This document shows, in pieces, positions 44,643 to 54,206 of a stretch of DNA of 64,000 nucleotides. The notes below the pieces were generated by a model. The model saw only the letters and a program-made list of their open reading frames with translations, did no database searches and was not told the DNA's origin. The DNA comes from Candidatus Pacearchaeota archaeon (GTDB lineage: Archaea; Nanobdellota; Nanobdellia; Pacearchaeales; UBA284): assembly GCA_038895375.1 (NCBI GenBank), contig JAWANM010000001.1, positions 3,587-67,586 of the forward strand. Direction: 5' to 3'. Numbering within the stretch: the stretch's first letter is position 1; each line of letters opens with the position of its first letter. A program made the position numbers and the translations under genes.

Positions 44643-45254
44643 CTATTTGGCAGTTGCAGTTGCAGTTTCGGCAGCTTTTGCTTTTTTCTCCTCTAGCTCC
44701 TTAATGAGGCTTTCTTGTTTCTTCTTTACTTGCTCGAAATCCTGAGCAAGCTTTTTTATTTTATCTTCAGAAGCCTTTTCTTCTTTTCTCGCTATTAAAT
44801 CATCATAAATGCCTTGATCTACTTCTTGAATAACTTCCTTCGGTTCTTTACTTTCAACAAGAATGCCTAATGAAACACAAGAACCTAAAACGGACTTAAC
44901 GGCTGCTTTGAAATTTCCTACAAACATGTCTTTTTCTTTAATTTTTGCTATCTTGATTACAAGCTCTATCGGAATGTTGGCGATTTTAATTTTATTTGGC
45001 ATCGGCGATCCTTTCTCTATTCCTATCTCTTTTTTCAACAATTCTGAAGTAGAAGGAGTCAGAACTCTTACTTTTATGTTTTTAGCTTTGTCTATTTCTA
45101 GCACTACAGGAACTTTCATTCCAGAAAACTCACGAGTAGCATTGTTGACCTCGGCAATAACTTTTCCTATGTTTATTCCCAAAGGCCCGAGTTTTTGAGA
45201 AAGCGCAGGGCCCGGCTTCATTTCGCCTGCATCGACAAGCAATTTGATTTCCAT
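44643..45254 (-). CDS. rpl11: Ribosomal protein L11 (uL11) with K/E-rich C-terminal extension
   Basis: LLVDAGEMKPGPALSQKLGPLGINI..FSGMKVPVVLEID..TPSTSELLKKEIGIEKGS. Confidence 0.75.
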   Translation of the reverse strand: MEIKLLVDAGEMKPGPALSQKLGPLGINIGKVIAEVNNATREFSGMKVPVVLEIDKAKNIKVRVLTPSTSELLKKEIGIEKGSPMPNKIKIANIPIELVIKIAKIKEKDMFVGNFKAAVKSVLGSCVSLGILVESKEPKEVIQEVDQGIYDDLIARKEEKASEDKIKKLAQDFEQVKKKQESLIKELEEKKAKAAETATATAK

Positions 45255-45296
45255 CAGAAAATTAAGGGAATTGGTTTTTAAAACTTTTCTTTAAAA

Positions 45297-45617
45297 TTAA
45301 GAAACGGGACAAAAAACTTTGCAGTCATTGCTCACTTCTGGCACACAAGAGCTTGCAAAACATAAAACTTCTATGCCTGTATTTGTTCTTTTTATCTTTC
45401 CTTTTTCTCTACAAAAATCCCATATTTCGCTATAAGATTTTTCATAACAATTTTCTATACATAAGTAAGCCAAAGGATTTCTTTCAATGCAACTAAGATT
45501 GGTTGCTTTCCACCTTCCGTTTTCAACTTTTTCCCATTTCGTTTGCTTTTCGCAATTAAGACCGCTAATAGCTATAAAAAGAAATGCTAAAAAAATTATA
45601 AAAGTAAAGAGTTTCAT
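45297..45617 (-). CDS. Small secreted Cys-rich protein (10 Cys)
   Basis: Signal MKLFTFIIFLAFLFIAISGLNC. Spaced cysteines through the mature part. Confidence 0.4.
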   Translation of the reverse strand: MKLFTFIIFLAFLFIAISGLNCEKQTKWEKVENGRWKATNLSCIERNPLAYLCIENCYEKSYSEIWDFCREKGKIKRTNTGIEVLCFASSCVPEVSNDCKVFCPVS

Positions 45618-45662
45618 TTGTTCTTAAATGCATAAATATTTTAAATTTTTTTAAATAAGCAT

Positions 45663-45938
45663 TTATAAAATTTCTACTTCGTCATTGATTGCCTGCCCTG
45701 GCAAACCTTTTTCAAAAACAGCACGCAAAAGACCTTTATTGCCGTGAGTCGAAGTTATAATTCCATGAATTTTCTTACCGGAAGGGCTTTTCCACACAAC
45801 TTTTTTTCCTAAAAAAGATTTCGCCTTTTCTTTATTGGCAATGCCATCTACTTCTATTATAAAATGTCTAGGCTTATAAGTGTGCTTGCCTCTTCTAAAG
45901 CTTACGACCTTGCCTTTCATTCTTTTAAGAAAAAACAT
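45663..45938 (-). CDS. rpl35ae: Ribosomal protein L35Ae (eL33)
   Basis: GKVVSFRRGKHTYKPRHFIIEVDGIANKEKAKSFLGKKVVWKSPSGKKIHGIITSTHGNKGLLRAVFEKGLP. Confidence 0.8.
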   Translation of the reverse strand: MFFLKRMKGKVVSFRRGKHTYKPRHFIIEVDGIANKEKAKSFLGKKVVWKSPSGKKIHGIITSTHGNKGLLRAVFEKGLPGQAINDEVEIL

Positions 45939-45965
45939 ATTTTTAAAAATCTTGCTAACAGCTAA

Positions 45966-47813
45966 TTAAAAAATAATTTCGAAATCTCCCAAATGTTTTT
46001 TCAATGCAAAAATCAATTGCGGCGTAATCTTTTTGCTTGCTTTCTTCTTAAGATAAGAGTTTAGTTCTTCAGTGCTTGAATCTTGAATCTTATCGCCTGT
46101 TATTTTTTTAATTTTTTCTGACTCTACATCTGGAACCAAAAATGCTACGTTGTCAAAAATGAATAAATGACCTTGTTTCTTTATTTTTTTATCTTGCTCT
46201 TTAGCATAATAAATTATGTCTGCTTTATTTTTTTGCGAATCTATAAATTCTTGTCTCTGAATGTATTCGAGCAAAGCCGTTGAAAGTTCATGCACTGCTT
46301 TATGCATATTTGCTATATCGTGCTTGCTAATTTTTCCTTTTTTATGCTTCTTTACTATTTCCAAAATTTCCTTAAGCAAAATTAAATTCCTTCTGGAGAT
46401 TTTGTTTTTATCTACAAGTTTCTTTTTGAATACTTCTAAAAGCGAGCTTTCTGGAGTTTCACCTATAAGAGGTTTAAGAAGCTCTTTAACTTGAACGTAC
46501 TGTTGTTTTATTTCTCTACTTGCTATTTTCTCTTCTATCTGCTTCATCAGTTTCTTAAGTCTTTCTATGTATTCGGAAACCTCTTCAAGTAGTTCATCTA
46601 TATCTTTTCCTGTTATTTCTAACTTAGAAGTATGCTCGTATTTTTTGTAAAGGTTTACAATTTTCTCAAGAATTTTTACATATTTTTCCTCAAGAAGCTT
46701 TTCCTTTTCTACAAGAATTTCTTGCATCAGAGTTACTGTTTCTCTAGGCGTTGGAGGGGCCAAGCCATAAAGCATTAAAACGGCTTGACTCGGTGTTATA
46801 ACACCCCACCATATATCTTCTAAAACAATATCGTTGAGTTTACGTTTTACATTTTCTGCAACTTTCTCGCCGAGAGACATAAACAAGTCTATGGCTTCTG
46901 GGCTTGGTTTTATTTTTCCCATTTTCAATAGCAATTTCCATGGCATAAAAGCTCCTCTATCGTAAAGCGGAACACCATCACGAATAAAAGTAAAAATTAC
47001 AGGATGCGCATCTTTTACAGCTTCCCAGAATTCTGTTAAGATGTAAACTTGCACGTTCAATTTATTTTTAACTCCAGCCTGTTCTGCAGCCTCGACAGCA
47101 TAACTCCATATAATGGCTCTCAACTTTTCTTTGAGCTCATACCTTGACATTCTCTTGACATCTGTATCGTCTATAACAAGATACACATCGACATCGCTTG
47201 TTTTTTTTGCGGTTCCTCTAACCAAAGAGCCAGCTATAACATAGCTTACCACATATCTCTCAAACTTGGCAAGACACATTCTTTTGTGGATTGTTGCAAG
47301 CCTCAAGGCTGCTAAAAAATCTTGCGAATCGTGCAATGGAAAAGAAAGTGCATAGCTATCTATAAGTTCATACTTGCCATCAAAACAAGCTTCCCATACC
47401 ATCGATCTTGTCTTGATGTGCAACCAGATTCTAGGCCTAAAGTCTTTAACAAGCGCTATAGCTTCTGCCTTTACAACCGGAAGCTCCTTGAGTTTTTCGT
47501 CTGGCAAAATTATGAGCAAATGTATCAATCTCTCATCTTCTCTTTCTTTGATAACTTCTTCCTCTTCCTCTAAAATTTTAGAAGCAAAAGGAGGCAAAAT
47601 TCCTATCGATTCGACAAAAGGAAATTTCTTAAGAAGCTCTTTTTTAAATTCTTGTAATTTGCCTTTCGTCTTCTCGATTTCTTTTTTAACTTCTTCTGGG
47701 ATTCTTTTCTCAAAATCTTTTAAATCTTGAACATTAAAGCCTTGTAAGCTAGACTCTTTGCTTTCGTCTTTTTGCTTTTCCTTTTTCTCTTCAGGCATAG
47801 CTTTCCAAGGCAA
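45966..47813 (-). CDS. Large (615 aa) Pol-beta-superfamily nucleotidyltransferase-domain protein with long helical C-terminal region
   Basis: Central GS..RGT motif plus the acidic pair IAGSLVRGTAKKTSDVDVYLVIDD. No signal peptide. K/E-rich coiled-coil-like C-terminal half. Confidence 0.5.
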   Translation of the reverse strand: MPWKAMPEEKKEKQKDESKESSLQGFNVQDLKDFEKRIPEEVKKEIEKTKGKLQEFKKELLKKFPFVESIGILPPFASKILEEEEEVIKEREDERLIHLLIILPDEKLKELPVVKAEAIALVKDFRPRIWLHIKTRSMVWEACFDGKYELIDSYALSFPLHDSQDFLAALRLATIHKRMCLAKFERYVVSYVIAGSLVRGTAKKTSDVDVYLVIDDTDVKRMSRYELKEKLRAIIWSYAVEAAEQAGVKNKLNVQVYILTEFWEAVKDAHPVIFTFIRDGVPLYDRGAFMPWKLLLKMGKIKPSPEAIDLFMSLGEKVAENVKRKLNDIVLEDIWWGVITPSQAVLMLYGLAPPTPRETVTLMQEILVEKEKLLEEKYVKILEKIVNLYKKYEHTSKLEITGKDIDELLEEVSEYIERLKKLMKQIEEKIASREIKQQYVQVKELLKPLIGETPESSLLEVFKKKLVDKNKISRRNLILLKEILEIVKKHKKGKISKHDIANMHKAVHELSTALLEYIQRQEFIDSQKNKADIIYYAKEQDKKIKKQGHLFIFDNVAFLVPDVESEKIKKITGDKIQDSSTEELNSYLKKKASKKITPQLIFALKKHLGDFEIIF

Positions 47814-47898
47814 ATGAAGTTTTTAAAGGTTTGCAAAAAAATAAACAAAAAGAATAAAAACCTTTGCTTTTTATTAAAAGCAAAACACAAGGGCCTGT

Positions 47899-47971
47899 GG
47901 GCCTGTGGTCTAGTGGCTATGACGTCTCCCTTACGCGGAGAAGGTCCTCGGTTCGAATCCGAGCAGGCCCA
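47899..47971 (+). tRNA. tRNA-Val (anticodon TAC)
   Basis: Acceptor GGGCCTG/CAGGCCC. Anticodon stem TCTCC/GGAGA, loop CTTACGC. T-arm CTCGG-TTCGAAT-CCGAG. Preceded by an 8-nt direct duplication of its own 5' end (GGGCCTGT). Confidence 0.85.
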
Positions 47972-47978
47972 TGATAAA

Positions 47979-48656
47979 ATGTTTATAAAAAAATTGTTCG
48001 AAGGCGAAATAGACGAATCAGTGCATAAGCAGTTCGTAAGATTTGGAAAAGGTAGCTACAGCTTGAGAGCGATAATAAATGTAAGAAAAAATGACAAAAT
48101 TAAAGTTACGACAAGTTTTGAATTGGCCAACGACTTGGTCGGATTTGTTTCAAATCTTGCAGAAAAATTTTCGATTAACGGAATAATTCTAAGCAAAGAG
48201 CCTATTCAAGGCCTTGAATTCAAAAAGAAAAATATTCTTTCTTGTGAAATCAACAAAGAAATAAAAGCTAAAGATCTAAAAGAGCTTTCTACCAAAGCTT
48301 ATGCAACGCTTCTCGATTGTAGCGCTCAAGGAATTTCGCTAAAGATGAAGAAAAAACTGCCAAGACCAAAAAAAAGCGCAGAACTAAAAGTAGACGACAA
48401 GTTCTGCATGCTCGAGCTTGATAAGAAGTTTTGGGAAAAATTTCATGAGGATTTCTTGTTCGATTTGCCTCACGAGTTTAAAAAAGCAAGAATAGAACAT
48501 ACTTATATAATCGAAGAAATAATCATTCCAAAAGAAATCCAAAACGAAAAAGATTTTGAAAAAATAAGATTGATGGCAAAAAGAAAAGGAAAAATCATAA
48601 GGAAAATTGTTGTCGATGGAAAAGAAATCATAAAAGAAAAGCATTTCGAGGCTTAA
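47979..48656 (+). CDS. Hypothetical protein (225 aa) upstream of the r-protein operon
   Basis: Start reassigned to the Met at 47979. The ORF-track start 47772 would run through tRNA-Val. Confidence 0.4.
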   Translation: MFIKKLFEGEIDESVHKQFVRFGKGSYSLRAIINVRKNDKIKVTTSFELANDLVGFVSNLAEKFSINGIILSKEPIQGLEFKKKNILSCEINKEIKAKDLKELSTKAYATLLDCSAQGISLKMKKKLPRPKKSAELKVDDKFCMLELDKKFWEKFHEDFLFDLPHEFKKARIEHTYIIEEIIIPKEIQNEKDFEKIRLMAKRKGKIIRKIVVDGKEIIKEKHFEA

Positions 48657-48677
48657 ACACCCCTGTTTGCCGTAATC

Positions 48678-48685
48678 TTTATAAA
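48678..48685 (+). promoter_or_regulatory. TATA-box-like TTTATAAA upstream of rpl3 (candidate r-protein operon promoter)
   Basis: The same CTTTATAAA-type motif recurs at 10771 and 21361. Confidence 0.35.
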
Positions 48686-48750
48686 TTAATTTTCTTTCTA
48701 TTTTCAGTTATTGCGAGAATGAAAATAAATAAATTAACGACAAAAACGAA

Positions 48751-49734
48751 ATGGGAAAAATACACAAACCTAGAGCCGGTAGTTTACAATTCTGGCCAAG
48801 AAAGCGTGCGAAGAAGCAATTACCTAGAGTAAACTGGAAGGCCATTGAAAAAAAGCATAGCGGACTTCTCGGTTTTATTGGCTATAAAGCCGGAATGCTT
48901 AGCGCAATAGTACAAGATTTGACTCCGGATAGCATGACTAAAAACAAGCAAATAATCCTACCATGTACTGCTTTAGAAGTTCCTCCGATTAAAATCTTAA
49001 GTGTAAGGTTTTATAAAGAAACCCCTTTCGGCTTGAGAGTTGCAACAGAGGTGCTCGCCGACAATCTCGATAAAGAGTTGAAAAGGAAAATAAAAATACC
49101 AAAAGAAAAAGAAAACGCTAAAGAAAAGCTGGAAAGTTTAGAAAAAGAGCTCAACAGTTATGCTTCTATAAGATTGCTTGTCTATAGTTTGGTCAAAAAA
49201 ACAAAAATAAAAAAAACTCCAGACATTGCCGAAATCGGTCTTGGAGGCTCGATTCAAGAAAAATTTGAATTTGTTAAAAACAACATCAACAAAGAACTCA
49301 GCTTCAAAGATTTTTTCAAAAAGAATCAACTTGTTGATGTGCGTGGTGTTACAAAAGGAAAAGGACTTGCAGGACCGGTGAAAAGATTTGGAATTTCGCT
49401 TAAAGCTCATAAAACAGAAAAAGGAAGGAGAAGACCTGGAAGTTTAGGACCATGGCATCCTGCCAGAGTAACTTTCCGCGTAGCTCAAGCCGGTCAACTA
49501 GGCTTTTTTACTCGTGTTAGTTACAATCAAAAAATAATCGACATAGGGAAAGGTGAAGACTTGCATAAAAGCATTCCTTTCTTCCATCATTTCGGAAAAA
49601 TAAATACAGATTATGTAATTATCAAAGGCTCTGTCCAAGGGCCTCCAAAAAGAGCCATTCTGCTGACAATGCCTCTTAGAGAAACAAAAAAAAGAAAAAA
49701 AGAAAATTTTGAAATCATTAAAATATTAAGATGA
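48751..49734 (+). CDS. rpl3: Ribosomal protein L3 (uL3)
   Basis: MGKIHKPRAGSLQFWPRKRAKK.. Confidence 0.9.
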   Translation: MGKIHKPRAGSLQFWPRKRAKKQLPRVNWKAIEKKHSGLLGFIGYKAGMLSAIVQDLTPDSMTKNKQIILPCTALEVPPIKILSVRFYKETPFGLRVATEVLADNLDKELKRKIKIPKEKENAKEKLESLEKELNSYASIRLLVYSLVKKTKIKKTPDIAEIGLGGSIQEKFEFVKNNINKELSFKDFFKKNQLVDVRGVTKGKGLAGPVKRFGISLKAHKTEKGRRRPGSLGPWHPARVTFRVAQAGQLGFFTRVSYNQKIIDIGKGEDLHKSIPFFHHFGKINTDYVIIKGSVQGPPKRAILLTMPLRETKKRKKENFEIIKILR

Positions 49735-50501
49735 AAGTAAAAATTTATCCAAGCGAAAGAGAAATTGAATTGCCCCAAGTATTTGAAACTCCGGTAAGAG
49801 AAGATCTCATTTGGAAGGCTACAATTACTGGAGTTAAAAGACAACCATATGGTGCTTATCCTTTAGCAGGAAAACAATCTTCAAGCGGAAAACAAAGACA
49901 TGCAAGAAGAAGATGGAAGTCTCTCTATGGAAGAGGTATATCGAGAGTTCCTAGAAAATTTCTAATTAAGAAAGGTGAGTTTTATTATATGATAGGAACT
50001 TTCATTCCAGGAACACGTGGCGGCAGAGAAGCTCATCCTCCAAAAGCTGTAAGAAAAGAAAAAAAGATGAATAAAAAGGAAAAAATCCTTGCTCTGAAAT
50101 CTGCAATTGCAGCAACTGCCTCGAAAGAATGGTTTGAAAAGAAATATAAAAAAACAAGAATCAAATGTGAGTTGCCTATAATTATAGATTCGACAATACT
50201 AGAAAAGAAAAACAAAGAAATCGTTCAATTTCTCGAAAAACTTCTAGGAATTAAAATCAAGAAAAAAAGAAAGATAAGAGCAGGAAAAGGAAAAATGCGA
50301 GGAAGAAAATACAAAAAAAGTTATTCTTTACTTTTAGTTCTTGGAAAAAAAGAAAAGAAAAACCTTAAAAATTATGGAATCGAAACCGTACAAGTCGATA
50401 AGCTAGGAGTAAAGCACCTTGCTTCTGGAGGAATTCCCGGTAGGCTTACTGTTTATACAGAAAATGCTATAAAAGAACTTGAAGAAAGATTTGAAAAATG
50501 A
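49731..50501 (+). CDS. rpl4: Ribosomal protein L4 (uL4)
   Basis: Position after L3. 4-nt overlap. Archaeal L4-like sequence. Confidence 0.85.
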   Translation: MKVKIYPSEREIELPQVFETPVREDLIWKATITGVKRQPYGAYPLAGKQSSSGKQRHARRRWKSLYGRGISRVPRKFLIKKGEFYYMIGTFIPGTRGGREAHPPKAVRKEKKMNKKEKILALKSAIAATASKEWFEKKYKKTRIKCELPIIIDSTILEKKNKEIVQFLEKLLGIKIKKKRKIRAGKGKMRGRKYKKSYSLLLVLGKKEKKNLKNYGIETVQVDKLGVKHLASGGIPGRLTVYTENAIKELEERFEK

Positions 50502-50743
50502 TATTGATAGAACCTGTAACAACGGAAAAGGCTTTGAGGATGATAGAATTGGAAAATAAGATAGTGTTTGTTGTAAAAAGAGATGCGAAAAAACAAGAAA
50601 TAAAAAAAGAAGTAGAAGAAATTTTCAATGTTAAAGTAGAAAAAGTAAATGTTCATATAAAGAAAAATAAAAAAATAGCTTTCATAAAATTGAAAAAAGA
50701 GACTCCTGCAATAGATGTTGCAACAAAACTTGGAATAATGTAA
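50498..50743 (+). CDS. rpl23: Ribosomal protein L23 (uL23)
   Basis: KALRMIELENKIVFVVKRDAKKQEIKKEVEEIFNVKV. Confidence 0.85.
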   Translation: MILIEPVTTEKALRMIELENKIVFVVKRDAKKQEIKKEVEEIFNVKVEKVNVHIKKNKKIAFIKLKKETPAIDVATKLGIM

Positions 50744-50744
50744 A

Positions 50745-51452
50745 ATGGGAAAAAGAATTATACAACAAGCAAGAGGACATGGAAGTTTAACCTATCGAAC
50801 AAGAAAAAAAGCTTTTAGAATTAGCGTTAGCTATCCTCCTTTAGAAGCAAAAGGAAGTGCAACAGTTTTAGAAATAATCAATTCTCCAGCATATAGTGCG
50901 CCTGTAGCGAAAATAAATTTCCAAGGAAAAATTTTTTACAATATTGCGGCCCAAGGCCTTGAAGAGGGTCAAGAAATAAAAATCGGGGAAAATGTTCCTG
51001 CCGAGCCCGGTAACGTGGCTTTCTTAAAAGATTTGCCCGTCGGAACAGAAGTGTTCAATATAGAAACTTTTCCAGGAAGCGGTGGTAAACTTGTAAGAGC
51101 TAGTGGAATTTGCGCTAAAATCACTAAAAAAGAAAAAGATTCTGTAATCTTATTGATGCCTTCAAAAAAAGAAAAGAAAATGTCGCCAAACGTGAGAGCA
51201 ACAGTAGGTGTTATTGCCGCAGGAGGCCGAGTAGAAAAGCCTTTTGTGAAGGCTGGCAAAAAGTTTTATAAAGTAAAAGCAAGAGGAGGAAGAGTTTGGC
51301 CTAGAACGTCTGCAGTAAAAATGAATGCCGTCGATCATCCATTTGGTTCTGGAAGAGGTAAAAGAATTAAAAGCAAAATTGCTAAAAGACATGCTCCTCC
51401 TGGAGCGAAAGTAGGCCATATAAGGCCTAGAAGAACTGGAAGAAAGAAGTAA
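50745..51452 (+). CDS. rpl2: Ribosomal protein L2 (uL2)
   Basis: ..[18 protein letters not shown].. Confidence 0.9.
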   Translation: MGKRIIQQARGHGSLTYRTRKKAFRISVSYPPLEAKGSATVLEIINSPAYSAPVAKINFQGKIFYNIAAQGLEEGQEIKIGENVPAEPGNVAFLKDLPVGTEVFNIETFPGSGGKLVRASGICAKITKKEKDSVILLMPSKKEKKMSPNVRATVGVIAAGGRVEKPFVKAGKKFYKVKARGGRVWPRTSAVKMNAVDHPFGSGRGKRIKSKIAKRHAPPGAKVGHIRPRRTGRKK

Positions 51453-51453
51453 A

Positions 51454-51840
51454 ATGGTAAAAGAATTTTTATTCCGGGGTAAAACGCTCGAAGAACTGAA
51501 AAAAATGGATCTGAGAGAGTTCGCTAAATATTTAAAATCGAGACAAAGAAGAAGCGTGCTTAGACAATCGCACTTGATTGAAAAGTTTTTGAAAAGAATT
51601 GAAAAGAAAAAAGCAAAAGGCAAGCCAATAAGAACGCATTTGCGTGATTTAATAATAGTGCCGCAAATGGTCGGCTTGACAATATACGTTCACAATGGCA
51701 AAGAGTTTATTCCTGTAAAAATAAATGAGGAAATGCTAGGCCATAGGCTTGGCGAGTTTGCTTTAACTAGAAAACAAGTCAAGCACGGAGCTCCTGGAAT
51801 AGGCGCCACAAGAAGCACTGCGTTCTTGTCTGTTAAGTAA
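51454..51840 (+). CDS. rps19: Ribosomal protein S19 (uS19)
   Basis: [43 protein letters not shown]. Confidence 0.9.
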   Translation: MVKEFLFRGKTLEELKKMDLREFAKYLKSRQRRSVLRQSHLIEKFLKRIEKKKAKGKPIRTHLRDLIIVPQMVGLTIYVHNGKEFIPVKINEEMLGHRLGEFALTRKQVKHGAPGIGATRSTAFLSVK

Positions 51841-51842
51841 AA

Positions 51843-52346
51843 ATGGAACAAGAAAAAAAAGAAATCGCTGAAGAGAAAAGCAAAGAAGAAAAAAAAGAAA
51901 AAGTTGAAGAAAAAAAAGCAGAAGCTGAAGAAAAGAAAGCAAGAGTTCATGTAAAAGACGCTCCAATATCAACAAAGCACTCTGTTGCGATATGTCGTTT
52001 CATAAAGAATAAAAATCCTCAAGAAGCGATAAAGTTGCTAGAACAAGTCATCGAGCAAAAAATCGCTATACCTATGAAAGGCGAACTGCCGCATAGAAAA
52101 ATAAAAATAAAAGGCCAAAGACCCGAAGGAAGATATCCTAAAAAAGCAACAAAAGTTTTCATTAAAGCCCTTAAAAATCTGATAGCCAACGCAAAAGTAA
52201 AAGCACTAGATCCAGAAAAGCTTTACATTAGTCTCGCAAAAGCAGACAAAGCTTCAAGGCCGATAAGAGCAACAAGACTTGCCTTCGGTGTTAAACGTTT
52301 CAAAAGAACACATATTTTGATAGAAGCAAAAGAAAAAGAAAAATGA
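51843..52346 (+). CDS. rpl22: Ribosomal protein L22 (uL22) with K/E-rich N-terminal extension
   Basis: ISTKHSVAICRFIKNKNPQEAIKLLEQV. Confidence 0.85.
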   Translation: MEQEKKEIAEEKSKEEKKEKVEEKKAEAEEKKARVHVKDAPISTKHSVAICRFIKNKNPQEAIKLLEQVIEQKIAIPMKGELPHRKIKIKGQRPEGRYPKKATKVFIKALKNLIANAKVKALDPEKLYISLAKADKASRPIRATRLAFGVKRFKRTHILIEAKEKEK

Positions 52347-53008
52347 TCGAAAAAAAATTTGTAGAAGCAAAGAAACAAGAATTTGAAATCAAAGAGTTTA
52401 TAAGAAACAAATTTGGCAAAGGCAAAATAAGCGAAATAAAGTTAGAAAGAACACCCATAGGAGAAAAAATAATAATTACCACACCAAAAAAAGGACTTGT
52501 GCTAGGAAAAGCTTATGAAAATATTCAAGAGCTTGTGAGTACCTTAAAAAAGAAATTCAAACTGGAAAATCCGCAAATAGAAGTCGTAGAAATAGATCCT
52601 GAATTTGATGCACAAACAATAGCCGATCGAATTGCTTTGGCTTTAGAAAGATTCGGTCCTTTGAGCTTTAAGCTAATAGCCTATAGAGAGCTAGAAAGAT
52701 TGGCAAAAGCAGGAGCACTCGGAGCAGAAATAAGGTTGAGTGGAAAATTGCCAAGCGAAAGAGCAAAGTCTTGGCTTTTTTCTTTCGGATATCTGAAAAA
52801 AACAGGGGAAACGAGATACATTGTTAAGAAAGCAAAAGCTGTTGCAGAAACGAAGCCAGGAATAATAGGAATTAAAGTAGCAATAGTCCCTAAAGATACT
52901 AAAATACCAGACAAGATTGAAATAAATTATGAAGAGCTTAATAAAATAAGGAAAAAAATAGAAGAATTGGAAAAATTAGAAAAAAATGGCAATAATAAGA
53001 AAAAGTGA
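52343..53008 (+). CDS. rps3: Ribosomal protein S3 (uS3)
   Basis: KH domain. Position in operon. Confidence 0.85.
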   Translation: MIEKKFVEAKKQEFEIKEFIRNKFGKGKISEIKLERTPIGEKIIITTPKKGLVLGKAYENIQELVSTLKKKFKLENPQIEVVEIDPEFDAQTIADRIALALERFGPLSFKLIAYRELERLAKAGALGAEIRLSGKLPSERAKSWLFSFGYLKKTGETRYIVKKAKAVAETKPGIIGIKVAIVPKDTKIPDKIEINYEELNKIRKKIEELEKLEKNGNNKKK

Positions 53009-53174
53009 ATTGAGAGCTATGTCTAAAGAAGAACTCGAAGAAAAATTGAAACAGCTAAAATTAGAAATTTTAAAAATAAAAAGTAAAAAGGGACAAACAC
53101 CTAGTGGAACTAAAAAAATTAAAGAAATTAAAAAAACCATAGCTAGAATTTATACTAAGTTGAAAGAAAAATAA
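52986..53174 (+). CDS. rpl29: Ribosomal protein L29 (uL29)
   Basis: MAIIRKSELRAMSKEELEEKLKQLKLEILKIK. Confidence 0.85.
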   Translation: MAIIRKSELRAMSKEELEEKLKQLKLEILKIKSKKGQTPSGTKKIKEIKKTIARIYTKLKEK

Positions 53175-53175
53175 G

Positions 53176-53466
53176 ATGGAGATATGTCCTAGATGTGGTT
53201 TGCCAAAAGAAGCTTGCAGTTGCAGTGCTCTAGAGAAACAGCAGCAAAAAATAAGAATTTCAACAGTAGAGAGAAAGTTTAAAAAGAAAGTTACAATAAT
53301 CGAAGGAATATCTCAAGACATAAAAAAGATAGCCAAACAATTGAAAGAAGAACTTGCATGCGGAGGTACTGTCAAAGACAATAGAATAGAATTGCAGGGA
53401 GATCATGAAAAAAAAGTAAGAGAGAAACTGATAAAGCTTGGATTCAGTGAGGAAAATATAGAATAA
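53176..53466 (+). CDS. sui1: Translation initiation factor SUI1 (aSUI1/eIF1 homolog)
   Basis: N-terminal Cys cluster (CPRCGLPKEACSC). ..ACGGTVKDNRIELQGDHEKKVREKL. Confidence 0.8.
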   Translation: MEICPRCGLPKEACSCSALEKQQQKIRISTVERKFKKKVTIIEGISQDIKKIAKQLKEELACGGTVKDNRIELQGDHEKKVREKLIKLGFSEENIE

Positions 53467-53511
53467 AAAATAAAAAAGAAAAAATAAAGGAAAAAGTTAA
53501 ACAAAGGTAAA

Positions 53512-53808
53512 ATGGAATATACATGTAAAGATAAAAAATGTCCTTTCCATGGAAAGCTTAGTACAAGAGGACGAATCTTCAAAGGGACGGTAAAAAAGAT
53601 ACACGATAGTAGAGCAGTAGTAGAGTTTACAAGATTTGTGTATTATAAAAAATATGAAAGATACGCTAAAGCAAAAACAAGATTGCATGCACATATTCCG
53701 GCATGCATGCTAAAAGACATAAAGCCTGGCGACACTGTAAAAGTTTCGGAATGCAGGCCTTTAAGTAAAATAATACATTTTGTCGTTATAGAAATAGTGA
53801 AAAAATGA
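53512..53808 (+). CDS. rps17: Ribosomal protein S17 (uS17)
   Basis: CPFHGKLSTRGRIFKGTVKKIHDSRAVVEF. Confidence 0.85.
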   Translation: MEYTCKDKKCPFHGKLSTRGRIFKGTVKKIHDSRAVVEFTRFVYYKKYERYAKAKTRLHAHIPACMLKDIKPGDTVKVSECRPLSKIIHFVVIEIVKK

Positions 53809-54206
53809 AAGCCGTAGCAGCAAGAATAACAAAAGCTCTGAACCTTGGAAGTCTGGTGGAAGTAGTCGACAATAGCGGAGCAAAGCTAGCGAGAATTGTT
53901 GCAGTTAAAAAAGGAAAATCTAGAAAAGGAAGACAAATAGCATGCGGAGTAGGGGATCTTATAAAAGTTAGCGTTAGAGAAGGAGCAAAAGAATTAAGAA
54001 AGCAGGTCTTTTGGGCAGTAGTTGTTAGACAAAAAAAAGCTTATAGAAGAGCTACTGGCGAAAGAATAGCTTTTGAAAGCAATGGTATTGTCTTGCTAAA
54101 AGACGAAGACGGCAATCCGAAAGGTACTCAAATAAAAGGGCCTATCGCTAAAGAAGCCGCAGATAGATGGCCTTTTGTAGCTAAAATTGCAAGTATGATT
54201 GTTTAA
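53805..54206 (+). CDS. rpl14: Ribosomal protein L14 (uL14)
   Basis: ..LGSLVEVVDNSGAKLARIV.. Confidence 0.9.
   Translation: MKAVAARITKALNLGSLVEVVDNSGAKLARIVAVKKGKSRKGRQIACGVGDLIKVSVREGAKELRKQVFWAVVVRQKKAYRRATGERIAFESNGIVLLKDEDGNPKGTQIKGPIAKEAADRWPFVAKIASMIV

Noticed and set aside
47772-47978. N-terminal 69 codons of the ORF-track CDS 47772..48656
   Set aside because: They run straight through tRNA-Val (47899..47971); the real start is the Met at 47979. Likewise the first 15 codons of ORF 23887..25080 lie inside tRNA-His.
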